In this document: in pieces, positions 15,559-18,355 of the stretch | Layout of the letters: each line of letters starts with the position of its first letter | Position numbering within the stretch: the first letter of the stretch is position 1 | Assembly: GCA_002298915.1 (NCBI GenBank) | Contig: DBML01000015.1 | Coordinates: 16,234-34,588, forward strand | Direction: 5' to 3' | From: Clostridium sp. UBA699 | Lineage (GTDB): Bacteria > Bacillota > Clostridia > Clostridiales > Clostridiaceae | DNA: 18,355 bases | The notes under the pieces: model-generated | Database searches by the model: none | What the model was told of the DNA's origin: nothing | Seen by the model: only the letters and a program-made list of their open reading frames with translations | Program-made: the position numbers and the translations under genes

Positions 15559-17295
15559 CTAAACCAATTTGAGCACAAGCACGAGCGAAACGATGAGCGA
15601 AACGAATATATATGAAACGTATATCTGTATTTTTCCGTAGTGGATTTTTATGATCCTGGAAGCAATGTAATCGACAGCGCTTACAACCCTGACATATATG
15701 CTGTGCTCGATGACATCCCTGACCCTTGCCCTGGTGTGGACAGCCCCGTCCACCTTGACCTCTTTCCTGTAGCCGGCCGCGCTGCCGAATATCCTCATTC
15801 CGGGCTGCACGAAACCGTCCGGAGTGTACTCCATGTAAGGCCTGAAATAATTGAACCCGCAGGCCCACGTTCCACCTACAGAATCCGGTCCGTTCTTTGC
15901 GAGTTTCTTTGCCGAAAAATACACCGCAGCCGCTGTAAGCAGACCCACGCCCGACACAATTGTTATCTCCCAGCTTACAGCGCTAACCGATGAGCTTCCG
16001 TAAGCCCAGCCGTATATCAGGTTGATTATGAACGGCGAGAACACCCCGAACAGCACAGAGCACGCAGCCAGCGCAGCCATTCCCGCCTTCATGGTTCCAG
16101 GCAGCTCATGGGCTTGCTCCGCCTTCAGCGACCTTGGCTCGCCAAGGTATGTCATGCCGAAGCTCTTAACCGAAGCCCAGATTACCCCGCCGCCGGTGAG
16201 TGCGAGTACGATGCCGCAGAGCAGGATAGACATTGCGATCCACGGGATCTCAACCTGAGACATTGCCTGAATGAAGCTGCCGTAGATCAGTATCTCTCCT
16301 GCGAAGCCGTTCAGCGGCGGAACCGCAGCTACCGCAGCTGTCCCTATGAGCGCACATGCTGATGCGAATTTCATCTTCCTTGCAAGTCCGCCCAGCTCGT
16401 TCATGTTCTTCGTAGATGTGGCAAAAAGAACGCTGCCGGCGCTCATGAAGAGCAGGCTCTTGAACACCCCATGGTTGAGCATGTGGAACATCGCCGCAGC
16501 AAGTGCCAATGAGCTCAAGGCATGAAGGCCAATGCTCCTAAGAATCAGGGCGAGCCCCAGCACAGCGAACACCATCCCCATGTTCTCAGAGCTGGAATAA
16601 GCCAGAAGCTTTTTGATGTCGTTCTGGGCCAGCGAGTTGATTACTGCGTAAATTGCGGTCACCGTGCCGATCAGCATGACTGCAAAACCGAAATATGCCG
16701 AAACGTCCTGCACGAATAGGAATGCAACCCTTATGAACCCGTAGGCCGCAATCTTGAGCATTATGCCGGACATCATTGCCGAAACGTTGGACGGCGCAGC
16801 CGGATGCGCCTTTGGCAGCCAGGCGTGGAGCGGCACAAGGCCAGCCTTTGATCCGAAACCAGCCAACGCAAGTATGAGCACAACCAACCGCTGCTGCCCG
16901 GATATACCTGCAGTCCCCTCAGAAATGATGCTGAAGTCGTATGTACCTGTAAATTTTGCAAGCATTATGAACATCGCCAGTACTAGAAGCCCGCTGATAT
17001 GGGTCATGATGAAGTACATGATTCCGGACTTTATGTTTTCGCTTTTTTTATGTTCGAAAATGACCAGGAAGAATGACGATACCGACATAAGCTCCCAGAA
17101 AATCATGAAGCTTAAGCTGTTGCCAGAAAGCACCACCCCCGCCATCGATGCGACGAAGAGGGCTGTCATTCCCCAGAGGTACCTCGTTGAGTATTCGTTA
17201 CTGTACTCCCTGACATACCCCAAGGAATATACTATGTTCGGAAGCGCGGTCACCAGGATCAGCACTATGAAATAAATCGATAAAAAATCACGCAT
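15559..17295 (-). CDS. NuoL/HycC/HyfB-like antiporter-type membrane subunit; first gene of the Ehr-like operon.
   Basis: About 578 aa. TTG (17301) or ATG (17295) start after GGGAGA. Typical NuoL-family TM pattern. Confidence 0.7.
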   Translation of the reverse strand: MRDFLSIYFIVLILVTALPNIVYSLGYVREYSNEYSTRYLWGMTALFVASMAGVVLSGNSLSFMIFWELMSVSSFFLVIFEHKKSENIKSGIMYFIMTHISGLLVLAMFIMLAKFTGTYDFSIISEGTAGISGQQRLVVLILALAGFGSKAGLVPLHAWLPKAHPAAPSNVSAMMSGIMLKIAAYGFIRVAFLFVQDVSAYFGFAVMLIGTVTAIYAVINSLAQNDIKKLLAYSSSENMGMVFAVLGLALILRSIGLHALSSLALAAAMFHMLNHGVFKSLLFMSAGSVLFATSTKNMNELGGLARKMKFASACALIGTAAVAAVPPLNGFAGEILIYGSFIQAMSQVEIPWIAMSILLCGIVLALTGGGVIWASVKSFGMTYLGEPRSLKAEQAHELPGTMKAGMAALAACSVLFGVFSPFIINLIYGWAYGSSSVSAVSWEITIVSGVGLLTAAAVYFSAKKLAKNGPDSVGGTWACGFNYFRPYMEYTPDGFVQPGMRIFGSAAGYRKEVKVDGAVHTRARVRDVIEHSIYVRVVSAVDYIASRIIKIHYGKIQIYVSYIFVSLIVSLVLVLKLV

Positions 17296-17332
17296 ATACA
17301 ACTCAATCTCCCAATCATCAAGAATTTATTAA

Positions 17333-17368
17333 TTAGCATTCGAATATTATTTGTTAGCATTCGAATGT
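17333..17368. promoter_or_regulatory. Two copies of TTAGCATTCGAAT(A/G)TTAT, 22 bp apart, each centred on the palindrome CATTCGAATG/A. This is a candidate operator upstream of the Ehr-like operon.
   Basis: CATTCGAATG (17358-17367) is a perfect 10-bp palindrome. The first copy (17337-17346) matches 9 of 10. Confidence 0.4.
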
Positions 17369-17425
17369 TATGACGCACAAACACCACCATGGTAACATAA
17401 ATCAAATGCTAAAACAAGGCGCAAA

Positions 17426-17524
17426 TCACCTTTTGCCTGAGAATAAAAAAACTAGTACAATTACGACTAAAATTACTGTAATTGCGGAAATTATTGCGGT
17501 CATTATTGTTAAGGATTCGATCAT
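17426..17524 (-). CDS. Candidate 32-aa hydrophobic peptide (MIESLTIMTAIISAITVILVVIVLVFLFSGKR). It starts 2 nt after the tadA stop.
   Basis: I translated it by hand. It has a single predicted TM helix and a basic C-terminus. The RBS is weak and the region is AT-rich, so this is low confidence. Confidence 0.25.
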   Translation of the reverse strand: MIESLTIMTAIISAITVILVVIVLVFLFSGKR

Positions 17525-17526
17525 AA

Positions 17527-17979
17527 TTACACACCCGCCCTTTTTCTTTTGAAATAGTTGGTCAGAATTTCGCCGCATTCTTCATCGTAAAGCCAGACTA
17601 CCTCAGTCCATTTGTTCAACGCATCGTTCTGGAGCACGTTTATTACCGAACCGCAGGCTCCTGCCGTCGGGTCGAAGGTGCCGATAAAAACCTTACTTAT
17701 CCTCGCACTAAGTATCGCCCCTGCGCACATGGCGCATGGTTCCAGCGTTACATAGAGGTCGCAGTCTGAAAGCCTCCAGGAATCAAGCTTGCGGGATGCC
17801 TCCCGTATTGCCATTATTTCGGCATGGGCGGTGCAGTCCTTCATAGATTCTTTCAGGTTGTGTCCGCGGGCTATTATTTCATTGTTTCTAACGATTACCG
17901 CCCCTACCGGGACTTCATCGAGGCTCTCTGAAATCATTGCTTCATTTATAGCTTCCTTCAGGAATACATTCTGACCCAT
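17527..17979 (-). CDS. tadA: tRNA-specific adenosine deaminase TadA.
   Basis: HAEIMAIREA and TLEPCAMCAGAI zinc-deaminase motifs. Start at MGQNVF (17977-17979) with GGGAGG 12 nt upstream. The track's TTG-initiated 45-aa extension has no RBS. Confidence 0.85.
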   Translation of the reverse strand: MGQNVFLKEAINEAMISESLDEVPVGAVIVRNNEIIARGHNLKESMKDCTAHAEIMAIREASRKLDSWRLSDCDLYVTLEPCAMCAGAILSARISKVFIGTFDPTAGACGSVINVLQNDALNKWTEVVWLYDEECGEILTNYFKRKRAGV

Positions 17980-18182
17980 GACTGTTTTTAACCTCCCGCT
18001 TATTATAATGTTCTTGTTCTCTCTACGTTCTCTGTCAATATTAACATATTTCTTTCTTTGTTTTAACAACTTATTTTCTGAAAGAGTTTTTCTCAATTTA
18101 ATACTCCTCTTCAATCTATTGTGATTTTCTTCATTTTCTTCAACACATATTAATGTATGTTTTTTTGTTTTTTAATTTTTTG

Positions 18183-18283
18183 TTGCTAATTTAACTATGT
18201 ATGTGTATAATTTTTTTAGAATATGTAGATAGATAGAATTATTCTCATTCTCCTAGATTTGCCGCAACAGCGGCGTTTTTTTT
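18183..18283 (+). ncRNA. Candidate small RNA (~65 nt, roughly 18218-18283) with a consensus promoter (TTGCTA, 17 nt, TATAAT), two hairpins and an intrinsic terminator (GCCGC-AACA-GCGGC then T8).
   Basis: Promoter elements at 18183-18188 and 18206-18211. Terminator at 18261-18283. No ORF: the only ATG is followed at once by TAG. Confidence 0.45.
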
Positions 18284-18355
18284 GCCCAAAATCGGGGACG
18301 GTTAATCATCGGCTTAACTCAGAGGATTGAAGCAATCCAAGAATAGCCGCCCTTT

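Noticed and set aside
17980-18114. 45-codon N-terminal extension of tadA, and the TTG/GTG-initiated extensions of the Fe-ADH (6004-6021), flavodoxin (7859-7912) and cupin (7314-7361) ORFs.
   Set aside because: The track initiates at non-ATG codons without RBSs. Internal ATG starts have GGAGG-type RBSs and match the expected protein N-termini.
18286-18355. Possible SRP (scRNA/4.5S) gene next to tadA, as in Bacillus.
   Set aside because: No domain-IV consensus (…CCGGAAGGAAGCAGC…) is present on either strand here or in 17302-17526.

Overview
This 18.4-kb window looks like a Firmicutes-type chromosome. The evidence is GGAGG-class ribosome-binding sites, a tRNA-Ser with encoded CCA, and Bacillus-like sigma-A promoters. 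Almost all genes are on the minus strand.

From left to right the window contains:
- A partial minus-strand gene running off the window start that encodes a His/Pro-rich protein built from KPFG(D/N)PEVPLTPH repeats. The six-frame track misses it because it is partial.
- Two translationally coupled WYL/WCX-domain regulators (a PafBC-like pair).
- A ~480-bp GC-rich intergenic region that carries two tRNA T-arm/acceptor-like copies, a tRNA 5'-half-like segment and a GNRA hairpin. It lies between divergent promoters, upstream of an SPFH/Band-7 membrane protein gene.
- A MerR(AdhR/NmlR-like, Cys44/Cys52)-controlled redox/aldehyde cluster of flavodoxin, cupin, SDR and Fe-ADH. Its promoter has the textbook MerR architecture: TTGACT, a 19-bp spacer holding a 20-bp perfect palindrome, then TAGGCT.
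- An orphan RHH (RelB/DinJ-like) protein fused to an unknown C-terminal domain, with operator repeats in its promoter.
- A tRNA-Ser(CGA).
- A two-domain (tandem) MarR regulator.
- A six-gene operon for an Ehr-type (hydrogenase-related, complex-I-like) membrane complex. Its large subunit has lost all four [NiFe]-ligand cysteines, and two subunit pairs are fused (NuoC-NuoD-like and HycF-HycG-like).
- tadA.
- A candidate ~65-nt sRNA at the right edge, with a consensus promoter and an intrinsic terminator.

In my judgement the most interesting parts are the tRNA-like structured region under WYL-pair control, the cysteine-less Ehr complex, the repeat protein at the left edge, and the orphan RHH fusion.
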